From the NCBI GenBank assembly GCA_001917175.1, contig MNTV01000019.1, positions 22,940 through 86,939 on the forward strand: a stretch of 64,000 nucleotides of DNA. Direction: 5' to 3'. This document shows positions 45,284 through 55,534 of this stretch, piece after piece. A program made the translations under genes and the position numbers. Positions within the stretch are counted from its first letter, which is position 1. Each line of letters opens with the position of its first letter. Origin of the DNA: Azospirillum sp. 51_20. GTDB lineage: Bacteria > Pseudomonadota > Alphaproteobacteria > RF32 > CAG-239. Under the pieces are notes generated by a model. It saw only the letters and a program-made list of their open reading frames with translations. It ran no database searches and was not told where the DNA came from.

Positions 45284-45733
45284 TCAGACGATCATTGCCG
45301 TAAATTCGGCTTCCGAAACAACTTTGTCATCCACCATGGATTTGCCCCTGAAAACAAAGACGTTGCGGCGGGCCTGAACTTTTTCGACATGCATTCTCAG
45401 CTGGTCGCCCGGTTTGACCGGCTTGCGGAATTTCACGCCGTCGATCGACATAAACAGAACGCTGATTTTCTTGTCGCCGGCATTTTCACCCGAAGCGGCA
45501 ACCACCAGAGCGCCGGCCGTCTGAGCCATCGCTTCGATCTGCAAAACGCCCGGCATAACCGGATTGCCGGGGAAATGTCCCTGGAAAAACTCTTCATTCA
45601 TGGTCACGTTCTTTATGCCGATGCCCTTTTCGCCGGGAACTTCGACTTCCAGCCGGTCCACCAGCAGAAAGGGATAGCGGTGCGGCAAAAAATTCATGAT
45701 ATCTTCAATGTTGTAGATTTTGTTTTCGGACAT
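45284..45733 (-). CDS. fabZ: 3-hydroxyacyl-ACP dehydratase FabZ
   Basis: LPHRYPFLLVDR and GHFPGNPVMPGVL motifs; 149 aa. Confidence 0.9.
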   Translation of the reverse strand: MSENKIYNIEDIMNFLPHRYPFLLVDRLEVEVPGEKGIGIKNVTMNEEFFQGHFPGNPVMPGVLQIEAMAQTAGALVVAASGENAGDKKISVLFMSIDGVKFRKPVKPGDQLRMHVEKVQARRNVFVFRGKSMVDDKVVSEAEFTAMIV

Positions 45734-45761
45734 ATTTTCCTTCCTTTTTCGTTGGTCAAAT

Positions 45762-46775
45762 TTATTTTTTTGAATTTTTCTGCAAAAAAGCCACCTGGCG
45801 CATAAAGTCCTTAAACGGCACCGCCGGCGAACCCATCACCACCGTGCCCGGTTCTATGTCGCGCATAATGCCCGACTGGGCGGCGATCTGGGCGCCGCTG
45901 CCGATTTTCAGGTGGTCGGCAAAACCGCTCTGGCCGCCGCAAACGACATAATCGCCGAAAGTGCAGCTGCCGGCAATGCCGGTCATGGAAACCAGAATGC
46001 AGCCGCGGCCGAGCTTGTCGTTGTGGGCAATTTGCACCAGATTGTCCACCCGGGTGCCGTCACCGATAACCGTATCGTCCATGGCGCCGCGGTCAACACA
46101 GGTACAGGCGCCGATTTCGACGTCGTTGCCGATAATCACCCGCCCAAGCTGAGGAATGCGCTTATGCACGCCGTTTATGGTCTGAAAGCCAAAGCCGTCC
46201 TGACCGATACGGGCGCCGTTGTATATGTAACAGTTATTGCCCATAATCGTATAAGCAATGCAGGCATGAGCACCGATCCGGCAGTTTTCACCGATCCGGC
46301 AGTTTTCACCGATCACCGCAAAAGGTTCAACCACCGTTCCGGCTCCGATTTCCGCACCGGCGCCGATAACCGCATAGTCGGCAATTGAACAGCCTTCGCC
46401 GACTTTGGCCGTCGGATCAATCTTTGCTGTTTCGGCAATGCCCGCCGCCGGACGTTTTTCCGCATACATGGCTTCGTTTAAGGTCAGAAAGGCCGTTTTC
46501 GGATTGCCGCAGACAAGAACGGCTGCCGCCGGAGCCACAAACGGCGCCAGTTCGGCGGTGGTAACGCAGGCCGAAGCCTTGATTTCGGCGCCGGCAGCTT
46601 TTTTCTTGCGATCATAGAAAAAACAGATTTCGCCTTCGCCGGCCTTGTCCATCGTGTTGATGTCACGGATCATTTCACCGCCGCGGTCGGCATTTTGCAA
46701 CGCGGCGCCGCAGATTTCGGCAATTTGAGCCAGATTGAATTCGGCTTTTTTAACAAAAAAATTCGTATCAATCAT
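45762..46775 (-). CDS. lpxD: UDP-3-O-acylglucosamine N-acyltransferase LpxD
   Basis: Hexapeptide-repeat core with an LpxD-type N-terminus, placed between bamA and fabZ. Confidence 0.9.
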   Translation of the reverse strand: MIDTNFFVKKAEFNLAQIAEICGAALQNADRGGEMIRDINTMDKAGEGEICFFYDRKKKAAGAEIKASACVTTAELAPFVAPAAAVLVCGNPKTAFLTLNEAMYAEKRPAAGIAETAKIDPTAKVGEGCSIADYAVIGAGAEIGAGTVVEPFAVIGENCRIGENCRIGAHACIAYTIMGNNCYIYNGARIGQDGFGFQTINGVHKRIPQLGRVIIGNDVEIGACTCVDRGAMDDTVIGDGTRVDNLVQIAHNDKLGRGCILVSMTGIAGSCTFGDYVVCGGQSGFADHLKIGSGAQIAAQSGIMRDIEPGTVVMGSPAVPFKDFMRQVAFLQKNSKK

Positions 46776-46796
46776 TTTTTTCTCCTTCAGAACAAA

Positions 46797-49052
46797 TTAC
46801 AGACTGGTTCCGAAATTCAGTCTGAAAACTTCGGTTTCGTCATAATCCTCTTTAACGACCGGGAAGCCGAAGTCAATGTCGATTTTGCCCATCGGCGACA
46901 GCCAGCTGAAGCCGAAGCCGACGGAAACACGCGGTTTGTCGGAATATTCGACGATCTTGTAGCTGACGTCGTCGGGCTTGCCGAGCATACCGACATCAAC
47001 AAAGGTGCGGCCTTTGATGCCCACTTCGTCCAGCCCGATCGGGAACATGACTTCGGCACCGGAATAGATCATCCAGTTGCCGCCCAGAGCGTCATTGGTG
47101 TATTTGTCGCGGGCACCGATACCGGCACTGTCGAAACCGCGCATGGTCGAACCGCCGAGGAAATAACGCTGTGACAAACGGACGTTTTCGTCGTCGTAAC
47201 CGGTGATATAACCGCCGTTGGCAAACAGCTTCAAGGTGTAGTAGTCGAAAAACGTATCATACCAGTAGGCCTTGACGTCAAACTTCAGATATTTTTCGTC
47301 GCCGCCGAGACCGGCCACGTCGTTGCCGAAAGACAGGAAATAGCCTTCCTTCGGGTCGACCGCATTGTCGCGTTTGTCATAATACAAAGTCTGTCCGACA
47401 CTTGAACCGACATATTTTCCTTCTTCTTCCTGAATATAGACGGAAGCACTCGGGTGAACGTTTTTGATCTCATCCTGACGCAGGGTATAGCGGACGCTCT
47501 GATAAAAGTCGTCGGTATATTTCCATCCCAAACGCAGACGGCCGCCCATGGTGTCTTCGTCATAAGAAGCCTCGTCCTGATAGTCGGTTTCGTTTTTAAA
47601 CAGGTCGACGCCGGCCGACAACGGACGGTTGAGAAAGTACGGTTCGGTAAAGTTGATGTTATAATCCTGAGAACGTTCGGAAATGCCCAGGTCAAAACCA
47701 AGCTGCTGACCTTTGCCCATAAAGTTGTTTTCGGTTACGCCGGTACGAACCAGAGCGCCGTTGACGGTCGAATAGCCGAGGCCGACATTGAAATAACCGG
47801 TCGATTTTTCGGTTACGTTTACATTGATGTCCGCTTTGTTGTCGTCGCTCGTCGGCTGGGTTTCAATGTCCACCTTGCTGAAATAGTTCAGGTTTTCGAT
47901 ATTGCGGCGGGAAGCGCGGATTTTGGCGGCGTTGAAAGCGTCGCCTTCGCTGATGCGGAACTCGCGGCGGATCACTTCGTCATAGGTTCGACTGTTGCCG
48001 TTGATGTTGATGCGGTTGATGAAAACGCGGGCGCCTTCCTTGATGCGGAAGTTGATCGTCATTTCTCCGGTCTGCATGTTCCGGTCAAGTTCCGGTTCAA
48101 CTTCGACAAAAGCATAGCCGCGCTTGCCCAGTTCTTCGGTCAGGGCATAAACGCTCTTTTCAACCTTTGCCGCATTGTACCAGTCGCCGGCTTCAATGTC
48201 GAGATCGTCCGCCAGTCCCGCCGTATTCATATCGGGAATTTCGGAAGTGATGTTGACTTTTTTGATTTTGTAGCGCACGCCCTCTTCCAGCACCGTAGTG
48301 ATCACGAAAGACTGGCTGTCGGGACTGAGTTCGGCCACCGAAGACACCACGCGGAAGTCGGCATAACCGTGGTTGTTATAGAAGCGGCGCAGCAACTCCT
48401 TGTCATAGTTGCTTTTCTCCGGATCATAATTTTCCGAAGAAGAGAAAATCCGCCACCATCTGGTTTCCTTGCTTAAGATTTCCCCCTGCAGGTCGCTGTC
48501 GCTGTAATGCTTGTTGCCGATGAAGTTGATTTTGGTGATTTTGGCCAGCGGCCCCTCGTCAATTTCATAAATCAGGTCGACGCGGTTCTGATCACGTTTG
48601 ATCACCTTCGGCTCCACCGCCGCGGCATAACGCCCCACCCGTTTGTAGATGTTGAGAATGCGCTGCACATCCTCCTGCACCTTGGCCGTCGTATAAATGG
48701 AACGGGGACCGAGCTGCACTTCGCTTTCGAGCATTTTGTCGTCCACTTTGTCATTGCCGTCGAAAAAACGCTTGTTGATGATCGGGTTTTCATCCACTTT
48801 GATAGTCAGGACATCACCTTTGACGTCAAAAGAAACGTCGGAAAAAAGACCGGTGGTGTAAAGTTTCTTAAATGCGCCGTTCAGCTTTTCGGGACTGACG
48901 TCGTCACCGGGATTTACATTGACATAAGAGAGAACGGTTTCCCGTTCAACCCGCTGCAGTCCGTCAACTTTGATCTGTCTGACCACCGCGGCGTCGGCCG
49001 TGCCGGCCGCCATCAGGCAGGACAGTAAGGTAACCAGCTGTTTGTTTTTCAT
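46797..49052 (-). CDS. bamA: outer membrane protein assembly factor BamA
   Basis: Signal peptide, POTRA-type repeats (I..I.V.G), C-terminal Omp85 barrel ending ...FRLNFGTSL. Confidence 0.9.
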   Translation of the reverse strand: MKNKQLVTLLSCLMAAGTADAAVVRQIKVDGLQRVERETVLSYVNVNPGDDVSPEKLNGAFKKLYTTGLFSDVSFDVKGDVLTIKVDENPIINKRFFDGNDKVDDKMLESEVQLGPRSIYTTAKVQEDVQRILNIYKRVGRYAAAVEPKVIKRDQNRVDLIYEIDEGPLAKITKINFIGNKHYSDSDLQGEILSKETRWWRIFSSSENYDPEKSNYDKELLRRFYNNHGYADFRVVSSVAELSPDSQSFVITTVLEEGVRYKIKKVNITSEIPDMNTAGLADDLDIEAGDWYNAAKVEKSVYALTEELGKRGYAFVEVEPELDRNMQTGEMTINFRIKEGARVFINRININGNSRTYDEVIRREFRISEGDAFNAAKIRASRRNIENLNYFSKVDIETQPTSDDNKADINVNVTEKSTGYFNVGLGYSTVNGALVRTGVTENNFMGKGQQLGFDLGISERSQDYNINFTEPYFLNRPLSAGVDLFKNETDYQDEASYDEDTMGGRLRLGWKYTDDFYQSVRYTLRQDEIKNVHPSASVYIQEEEGKYVGSSVGQTLYYDKRDNAVDPKEGYFLSFGNDVAGLGGDEKYLKFDVKAYWYDTFFDYYTLKLFANGGYITGYDDENVRLSQRYFLGGSTMRGFDSAGIGARDKYTNDALGGNWMIYSGAEVMFPIGLDEVGIKGRTFVDVGMLGKPDDVSYKIVEYSDKPRVSVGFGFSWLSPMGKIDIDFGFPVVKEDYDETEVFRLNFGTSL

Positions 49053-49082
49053 TTATACCGTATCCTTTATCAAAAAAATAAC

Positions 49083-50213
49083 TTAAGCAAAAAAGCGATG
49101 GAACAGATGGACAAAGTCGTTCCAGGTCGCAAAAATCATCAGCGCCAGAATGAGGGCAAAACCGGCCTTGAACAGGTTCTCCTTTACTTTGGCGTTTATC
49201 TCGCGGCGGCTGACAATTTCTACCAGGTAGATTACGACGTGCCCGCCGTCCAGAACCGGAATCGGGAACAAATTGATCAGCCCGAGGTTGATTGACAGAA
49301 GCGCCATAAAGGCAATGAAGTCAAGCATGCCGTTTTTCCTGGAGATGTCGCCGGACATTTCCGCAATTCTCAAGATGCCGCCCAGATCCTCGCTGCCGCG
49401 TTTGCCGGTAATCATCTGTCCGACCCCGCGCAGGGTGCCTTCGGTAATCCGCCAGGTTTCGCTGCAGGCCTCAACAAAAGCGTCCGGCAGCGACATTCTT
49501 TCGTGGTCAAGCTCCATCGTGTTCATCGACTTGATGCCGAGCATCGGCCGTTCGGTCGTCTGGCCGTTGGCTTCCACTTTCATCATTTCCAGCGGAACGC
49601 TCAACTCCATGACTTCACCCGCACGGTCAAGCTTTACTTCGGCGACGCCGCCCGTCGTCAGCGAAATTTCGGTCGTAATCTCGCTGAAACTTTCCACCTC
49701 GTGGCCGTTGATCGACAGAATGCGGTCCGCCTTGACAATGCCGGCCTTGTCCGCAGCCCCGCCGGCAACCACTTCGCCCACGACCGGGGGAAAGCTGAAT
49801 TTGCCGAGAAAGGCAAACATCAAAGTAAAGACGATAATTGCAAACAGGTAGTTAAACCCGGGGCCGCCGAGGACGATCGCCAGCTTTTTCCACGGATTCT
49901 GGAACGGAAAGGCTTTCTTTTTATCTTCTTCGCTCAGCTCTTTCACCTCTTCGCTGCTGCCTGACGACGCGGCATCGGCATCACCTAAAAACTGGCAATA
50001 GCCGCCGAGCGGAATCGCGCAGATTTTCCATTTGGTGTTATGCTTGTCGGTAAAACCCCACAGTTGTTTGCCGAAGCCGATTGAAAAATCGGTCACCTGC
50101 ACGCCGGACAGACGCGCAACCAGAAAATGCCCGAATTCGTGGACAAACACCAGAATTCCCAGCAGAACAATAAAGGGAACTATATAATATACGCCGTTAA
50201 CTAACCATTCCAT
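49083..50213 (-). CDS. rseP: RIP metalloprotease RseP
   Basis: HEFGHF zinc motif, PDZ-like middle region, NLFPIPVLDGGH motif. Confidence 0.9.
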   Translation of the reverse strand: MEWLVNGVYYIVPFIVLLGILVFVHEFGHFLVARLSGVQVTDFSIGFGKQLWGFTDKHNTKWKICAIPLGGYCQFLGDADAASSGSSEEVKELSEEDKKKAFPFQNPWKKLAIVLGGPGFNYLFAIIVFTLMFAFLGKFSFPPVVGEVVAGGAADKAGIVKADRILSINGHEVESFSEITTEISLTTGGVAEVKLDRAGEVMELSVPLEMMKVEANGQTTERPMLGIKSMNTMELDHERMSLPDAFVEACSETWRITEGTLRGVGQMITGKRGSEDLGGILRIAEMSGDISRKNGMLDFIAFMALLSINLGLINLFPIPVLDGGHVVIYLVEIVSRREINAKVKENLFKAGFALILALMIFATWNDFVHLFHRFFA

Positions 50214-50231
50214 AATTTAAATTGCCTTTAA

Positions 50232-51005
50232 TTAAATACTGAACCAATAAGCCAAAATCAGATAGACAAACGGGGCGGTAAAAATCATCCCGTCAATGCG
50301 GTCGAAGACGCCGCCGTGACCGGGAATGAGCGTGCCGGAATCCTTTACCCCCAGATAACGCTTGATAGCGGACTCAACCAGGTCGCCGATTTGTTCCAAC
50401 ACCGCCAGCAGTGCCCCGGCAACCGCCAGACGCCAGTCGTTCAGGCCGAAAAAGTACAGATATCCCCAGCAGCAGAGAGCAGCCAGAGCCATCCCGCCGA
50501 AAAGGCCGGACCAGGTTTTGTTGGGACTGATCTTCGGCGCCAGTTTCGGCCCTTTGACGCTCTTGCCGACGACGTAACCGCCGATGTCGGTGGCCCAGAT
50601 GATCAGCACGAAACACAAAATATGAAAAGCGGTGATGTAATAAATCCACATCAGAGAACCGATACCGACGGTAATATAAGGCACGCCGAGCGTCAGCAGC
50701 CGACGGTGCTCCTCATCTTTGGCCTTAAACCACACCAGAAGCGTGGCAAACAAAAGCATAATGCAGATACCGAGCCAGGAATTGAGCATCAGCGCCACCG
50801 CCACTGAGGCAGTATAGACCACGGCATAGACCGAAGGCCTCTTGTTGGCGACCATGGTGCTCCATTCCCACGAAAGCAGCGCGCCGACGGAAAGCAGCAT
50901 CAATACCACGTACGGATAGCCGAAATAAAGACCGGCAATCACCAGCGGCGCCATTATCAGAGCCGTTGCCGTTCTTAACAAAATGTTGGATTTAGTTTTT
51001 GCCAT
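50232..51005 (-). CDS. cdsA: phosphatidate cytidylyltransferase CdsA
   Basis: C-terminal signature SAIKRYLGVKDSGTLIPGHGGVFDRIDG. Start set at MAKTKSN (51005), a 14-nt overlap with uppS; the longer ORF would overlap uppS extensively. Confidence 0.85.
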   Translation of the reverse strand: MAKTKSNILLRTATALIMAPLVIAGLYFGYPYVVLMLLSVGALLSWEWSTMVANKRPSVYAVVYTASVAVALMLNSWLGICIMLLFATLLVWFKAKDEEHRRLLTLGVPYITVGIGSLMWIYYITAFHILCFVLIIWATDIGGYVVGKSVKGPKLAPKISPNKTWSGLFGGMALAALCCWGYLYFFGLNDWRLAVAGALLAVLEQIGDLVESAIKRYLGVKDSGTLIPGHGGVFDRIDGMIFTAPFVYLILAYWFSI

Positions 51006-51705
51006 ATCTTCTCTCCCGCGTGTTAAAATCGGCGATAATCTTCTCCAGTTCCGCCCGATTGAAATCGGGCCATAAGACTTCGCTGAAATAAAATTCGGCA
51101 TAGGCGCCCTGCCATAACAGGTAGTTGCTGATCCGCCGTTCCCCGCTGGTGCGCACCACCAGATCCGGATCCGGAATATCTTTTGTATACAACAAATTGG
51201 AGAATAAATGTTCATCCACTTCGTCAAGTTTGATTTCACCCGCGCGAACCAGTTTGGCCGTCCGTTTGACGGCATTTAATATCTCCTGTCTGGCACCGTA
51301 GCTGACCGCCAGACACAATGTGAGATCCGTGTTGGCCGCCGTCTGGTTTTCGATCCGCTGCATGCTGTCGGCAATGTCCTTGTCCAGCATGCCGCGTTCG
51401 CCGATAAAAATAATGCGGACGTTGTTTTTCTGAATTTCCTGCAAATCGTTTTTCAGATATTCGCGCAAAAGCCCCATCAGAGTGGCGACTTCTTCCGCGT
51501 CTCGTTGCCAGTTTTCGGTGGAAAAAGCGTAAAGGGTGAGATATTTTATCCCGAGGTCTTTGGCATCGCGGCAGACCTGTTCCAGAGTTTCCGCCCCTTT
51601 GCGATGACCGGCGGCCGCCGGCAGCCCGCGCCTGCGGGCCCAACGGCGGTTGCCGTCCATAATGATGGCCAGATGCCGTAATCTGTTAGTTTGATCGTTG
51701 CTCAA
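50992..51705 (-). CDS. uppS: isoprenyl transferase (undecaprenyl-diphosphate synthase) UppS
   Basis: HLAIIMDGNRRWA and RTSGERRISNYLLWQ motifs. Confidence 0.9.
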   Translation of the reverse strand: MSNDQTNRLRHLAIIMDGNRRWARRRGLPAAAGHRKGAETLEQVCRDAKDLGIKYLTLYAFSTENWQRDAEEVATLMGLLREYLKNDLQEIQKNNVRIIFIGERGMLDKDIADSMQRIENQTAANTDLTLCLAVSYGARQEILNAVKRTAKLVRAGEIKLDEVDEHLFSNLLYTKDIPDPDLVVRTSGERRISNYLLWQGAYAEFYFSEVLWPDFNRAELEKIIADFNTRERRYGKN

Positions 51706-51721
51706 CTTGAAAACCCCGGCC

Positions 51722-52288
51722 TTATACCTGCATAATGTCTTTTTCTTTTTGCGCCAGAGCGTCGTCTATCTTTTTGACGAACTCATCGGTAAACTTCTGG
51801 ATTTCGTCGTTAAAACGTTTTTCCTCGTCTTCGGAAATCTCATTGTCCTTTTTCAGCTTTTTAATGCCGTCAAGAGCATCGCGGCGGATGTTGCGGACGG
51901 CCACCTTGCCCTGCTCGGCATATTTGCCGGCCACCTTGACCAGTTCCTTACGGCGTTCTTCCGACAACGGCGGAATCGGAATGCGGATCAGCTGGCCGTC
52001 GGAAGCCGGGTTCAGCCCCAGATCAGACTCCATGATCGCCTTTTCCACCGCTTTGGCCAGACCGCGATCCCAGACGCTGACGGAAAGACAGCGCGGATCG
52101 GGAACGCTGATGGTTCCGACCTGGGAAATAGGCGTCATTGAACCGTAGGCGTCCACCATAATTCCGTCAAGCAGACTGGCATGGGCGCGGCCGGCCCGCA
52201 GGCTGCCGAAATCGGCCCGCAGCGTTTCCAGCGTCTTTTCCATTCTGGTTTTGGTGTTTTCTTTTATTTGGCTGTAATCTGACATCAT
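51722..52288 (-). CDS. frr: ribosome recycling factor
   Basis: Typical Frr sequence (...LRAGRAHASLLD...VPDPR...IPIPPLSEERRKEL...VRNIRRDA). Confidence 0.9.
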   Translation of the reverse strand: MMSDYSQIKENTKTRMEKTLETLRADFGSLRAGRAHASLLDGIMVDAYGSMTPISQVGTISVPDPRCLSVSVWDRGLAKAVEKAIMESDLGLNPASDGQLIRIPIPPLSEERRKELVKVAGKYAEQGKVAVRNIRRDALDGIKKLKKDNEISEDEEKRFNDEIQKFTDEFVKKIDDALAQKEKDIMQV

Positions 52289-52299
52289 ATACCTCTTGA

Positions 52300-53010
52300 T
52301 TATTTAATGATTGTAAATTCACCCTGTCCGGTCACCGCATTCAACAGCGCGTTTTCCCCCTTCTGGGCAAAGACCACGATCGGGATCCGGTTGTCTTTGG
52401 CCAGCGACACGGCCGTCAGGTCCATCACCCCGAGCCCTTTGGAGATGACTTCGTCATAGCTTATTTCGTTATATTTGACCGCACCGGCGTTTTGTCGCGG
52501 GTCCGCGTCATAAACGCCGTCCACCTGGGTCGCCTTCAGCAGCGCGTCGCATTTCATCTCGGAAGCGCGAAGGGCGGCGCCGGTGTCGGTGGTAAAATAG
52601 GGACAGCCGGTGCCGGCGGCAAAGATCAGCACCCGGTTTTTCTGCAAATGGCGCAGTGCCCGGCGGTAAATGTAGTCCTCGCAAACTTCGGGAATGCTCA
52701 GCCCGGACAAGACCCGCGCCTCAATTCCAAGCTTTTCCAAAGCGTTTTGCAAATAAAGAGCGTTCATGACGGTAGCCAGCATGCCGACCTGGTCGGCAAC
52801 CGAACGGTCCAGCCCTTTCGAAGCTTCTTTGGCGCCGCGGAAAATGTTGCCGCCGCCGACGACCAGGCAGACTTCCACGCCGAGCCCGCGCACTTCCCTG
52901 ATTTGCGCGGCCAGCGAGCGGATTACGCCGTCGTCCATGCCGAACGCTTTGTCGCCCATCAGGCCTTCGCCCGAAAGCTTCAGCAGAATACGTTTATATA
53001 AAGGTTTCAT
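52300..53010 (-). CDS. pyrH: UMP kinase
   Basis: YKRILLKLSGE, VVGGGNIFRG and DGVYDADP motifs. Confidence 0.9.
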   Translation of the reverse strand: MKPLYKRILLKLSGEGLMGDKAFGMDDGVIRSLAAQIREVRGLGVEVCLVVGGGNIFRGAKEASKGLDRSVADQVGMLATVMNALYLQNALEKLGIEARVLSGLSIPEVCEDYIYRRALRHLQKNRVLIFAAGTGCPYFTTDTGAALRASEMKCDALLKATQVDGVYDADPRQNAGAVKYNEISYDEVISKGLGVMDLTAVSLAKDNRIPIVVFAQKGENALLNAVTGQGEFTIIK

Positions 53011-53209
53011 CTGTCACCCTGACGTTTTGTTGCAACTTTGATGTGGCCTTATATTAACCGATTAAATCGGTTTGTCATCAACATTTTGCTTTTTTTTACC
53101 AAGAAAACTTCGGACGGCCGATTAATACCGGCGGCCCAAAAGGTTGAAAGCGGCCGGCCCGATCATATATTGCATGAGAAATCGACGTTATCAACAAAAG
53201 GAGAAAAAA

Positions 53210-53917
53210 ATGGAAGAACAAGTCACCGTCAACATGCCGGCTCTGGGCGACAAGGCGCCGGCATTCAAAGCCGTAACCACCACCGGGGAAATCAACTTTC
53301 CCGACGATTACCGGGGCAAATGGGTAGTTCTGTTTTCGCACCCGGCCGACTTTACGCCGGTCTGCACTTCGGAAATTGCCACTTTTGCCGCCATGCGCGA
53401 CGATTTTCACGAACTAAACACCGAACTGATCGGACTTTCGATCGACAGCAACAACTCGCATCTGGCCTGGATCAAGGAAATTCAGGACAACATCCGGTTC
53501 GGCAAATACGACGGACAGCCGGTCGACTTTCCGATCATCGCCGACATCAAGGCCGAAGTCGCCCGCAAATACGGCATGGTTCATCCGAGCATGAGCGACA
53601 CCAAAGCCGTGCGTGCCGTCTTTATCATTGACGACGAAGGATACATCCGCACCATTTTGTACTATCCGCAGACCACCGGACGCAATTTCGACGAAATCAA
53701 ACGGGTAATCGAAGCCCTGCAGGTAACCGACCGTTACGGCGTTTCCACCCCGGCCGACTGGCAGCCGGGAAAAGACATTCTGCTCGGCTGTCCGTCGGAA
53801 TTAAAAGGCATGAACGAACGGATCAATGAGCAAAAGGGCAACGACGAATGCCAGGAATGGTTTTTCTGCATGGACAAAGGCGACAAATACGCCGCCCGAA
53901 AGCAGGCCGCGAAATAA
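53210..53917 (+). CDS. peroxiredoxin (Prx6/1-Cys-like)
   Basis: WVVLFSHPADFTPVCTSE peroxidatic Cys motif. GGAG RBS precedes ATG 53210. Confidence 0.85.
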   Translation: MEEQVTVNMPALGDKAPAFKAVTTTGEINFPDDYRGKWVVLFSHPADFTPVCTSEIATFAAMRDDFHELNTELIGLSIDSNNSHLAWIKEIQDNIRFGKYDGQPVDFPIIADIKAEVARKYGMVHPSMSDTKAVRAVFIIDDEGYIRTILYYPQTTGRNFDEIKRVIEALQVTDRYGVSTPADWQPGKDILLGCPSELKGMNERINEQKGNDECQEWFFCMDKGDKYAARKQAAK

Positions 53918-53989
53918 ACGTTGATTTTCCGCCCTGGCGGATATAAAAATTAAAGACAAAGCCAAGTTCTAACCTACAGGAGGATGAAA

Positions 53990-54658
53990 ATGTCTGTTTC
54001 CGAAAAGAAAATTGCCGTCGTGCTTGCCGGCTGCGGCGTGTTTGACGGCAGTGAAATTCACGAGGCAACCTGCACGCTGCTCAATATTGCCGCCCAGGGC
54101 GCAAGTTATCAGTGCTTTGCCCCGAATATCCGACAGCCGATGGTGGTCAACCACTATACCAAAGCGGCCGAACCCGATGAATCGCGCAACGTGCTGACGG
54201 AAGCGGCCAGAATCGCCCGCGGCAACATCAAAAGCCTGGCCGAATTCAACCCCGACCAGTTTGACGCGGTAATCTTCCCCGGCGGACAGGGCGCGGCCAA
54301 AAACCTCTGCGACTTTGCGGTCAAAGGCGCTGCCTGCGACGTCAATCCCGACGTGGAACAGGCGCTTGTCATCGCTTATGAAAAGCAGATGCCGATCGGC
54401 GCCATCTGCATCGCCCCGGCGCTGGTTGCCCGCGTGCTCGGCCGCCACGGCATTACCGTTACCATCGGCAACGATCCGAAAACGGCGGCCGAAATCGAAA
54501 AAACCGGCGCCCGGCACCAGAATTGCGAAGTGGAAAACGTCTGCGTGGACCATGCCCACAAAATCGTCACCACGCCGGCCTACATGCTGGCGCATTCAAT
54601 CGCCGAAGTTAACGAAGGCATCCGCAAACTGGTGGCGGAAGTATTGAAATTAAGCTGA
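53990..54658 (+). CDS. elbB: ElbB-like DJ-1/PfpI family protein
   Basis: KIAVVLAGCGVFDGSEIHEATCTLL...CFAPN matches the ElbB N-terminus. AGGAGG lies 6 nt before ATG 53990. Confidence 0.8.
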   Translation: MSVSEKKIAVVLAGCGVFDGSEIHEATCTLLNIAAQGASYQCFAPNIRQPMVVNHYTKAAEPDESRNVLTEAARIARGNIKSLAEFNPDQFDAVIFPGGQGAAKNLCDFAVKGAACDVNPDVEQALVIAYEKQMPIGAICIAPALVARVLGRHGITVTIGNDPKTAAEIEKTGARHQNCEVENVCVDHAHKIVTTPAYMLAHSIAEVNEGIRKLVAEVLKLS

Positions 54659-55498
54659 CAGCAGGTTTTTGAGCAAAATCCTTAACTTGCACCACTTGCT
54701 GACGCGCGGCTTGGGAGAAATGATTTCCCAGCCGCGTTTTTCCATGATGTCAAAATATTTCCTGTAAAGATCGGTAATCAAGCGGATCGGACGGGCGGTC
54801 GTTTTTTCCTGTTTTTCCAAAATTTCATAAACCTTGCGGTAATTTTCGGCCGCAATACGGGCCAGTTCTCGCCGGGCCGCCGCCAGATTCTTGTCAACCA
54901 CCACGCTTTTCGGATCGGTGGCGGATATGCCCGCTTTTTCCAACAATTCCTGAGGAATGTACAAACGGCCGTTCTGCGCGTCTTCCTTCACGTTGAGCAG
55001 GATGTTGGTAATCTGAACGGCCAGTCCGAGGGAAGTCGAAAGTTCCCTGATCGTCTGCTCGTCGGTACAGCCGAAAACCCTCAGCGACAGGCTGCCGGTC
55101 ATTCCGCCGACCCCGCGGCAATAGCCGGAAAGCTGTTTTAAGGTCGGCGCCTTGAGCGGATTGTCGATGTTGGCGGAAATGCTGTCGACCAGATTCAAGA
55201 ATTCCGCTTTCGGCAATTTAAAACGCATGCAGTTTTTATAGATGCGGCGGCCGATGTCGGTGGCCGGCACCCTGCGCTCGAAAATGTTGTCCATTTCTTC
55301 GCGCCACATGCTTAAAATCTCCTGTTTTTCGGCCAGAGCCACCGGGCTTTCGACCACGTCTTCAAGATGGCGGACAAAGGCCAACAGCGTATAAAGCGCC
55401 TCGCGTTTGGCTTTGGGCAGAAACTGCATTCCCCAGAAAACCGTCCGGCCGCTGCCGTTTTTGATTTTACTGCGGACTATTTTTTTCAAATCTTTCAT
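54650..55498 (-). CDS. squalene/phytoene synthase family protein
   Basis: LPKAKREALYTLLAFVRHLEDVVE and NILLNVKEDAQNGRLYIPQE correspond to the two Asp-rich regions, here with substitutions. Confidence 0.7.
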   Translation of the reverse strand: MKDLKKIVRSKIKNGSGRTVFWGMQFLPKAKREALYTLLAFVRHLEDVVESPVALAEKQEILSMWREEMDNIFERRVPATDIGRRIYKNCMRFKLPKAEFLNLVDSISANIDNPLKAPTLKQLSGYCRGVGGMTGSLSLRVFGCTDEQTIRELSTSLGLAVQITNILLNVKEDAQNGRLYIPQELLEKAGISATDPKSVVVDKNLAAARRELARIAAENYRKVYEILEKQEKTTARPIRLITDLYRKYFDIMEKRGWEIISPKPRVSKWCKLRILLKNLLSA

Positions 55499-55534
55499 AA
55501 CGTCTAAATTCTTCCGTTTGTTTCTTCACTATAT

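Noticed and set aside
50213-50232. Absence of dxr between cdsA and rseP, and of lpxA after fabZ
   Set aside because: These genes sit in this cluster in several Alphaproteobacteria I recall. Their position varies widely, and they may lie elsewhere in the genome. This cannot be interpreted from one window.
50232-51275. 347-aa version of the cdsA ORF
   Set aside because: The first 90 codons overlap uppS out of frame and look non-protein-like. MAKTKSN at 51005 gives a normal-length CdsA with the usual short overlap.
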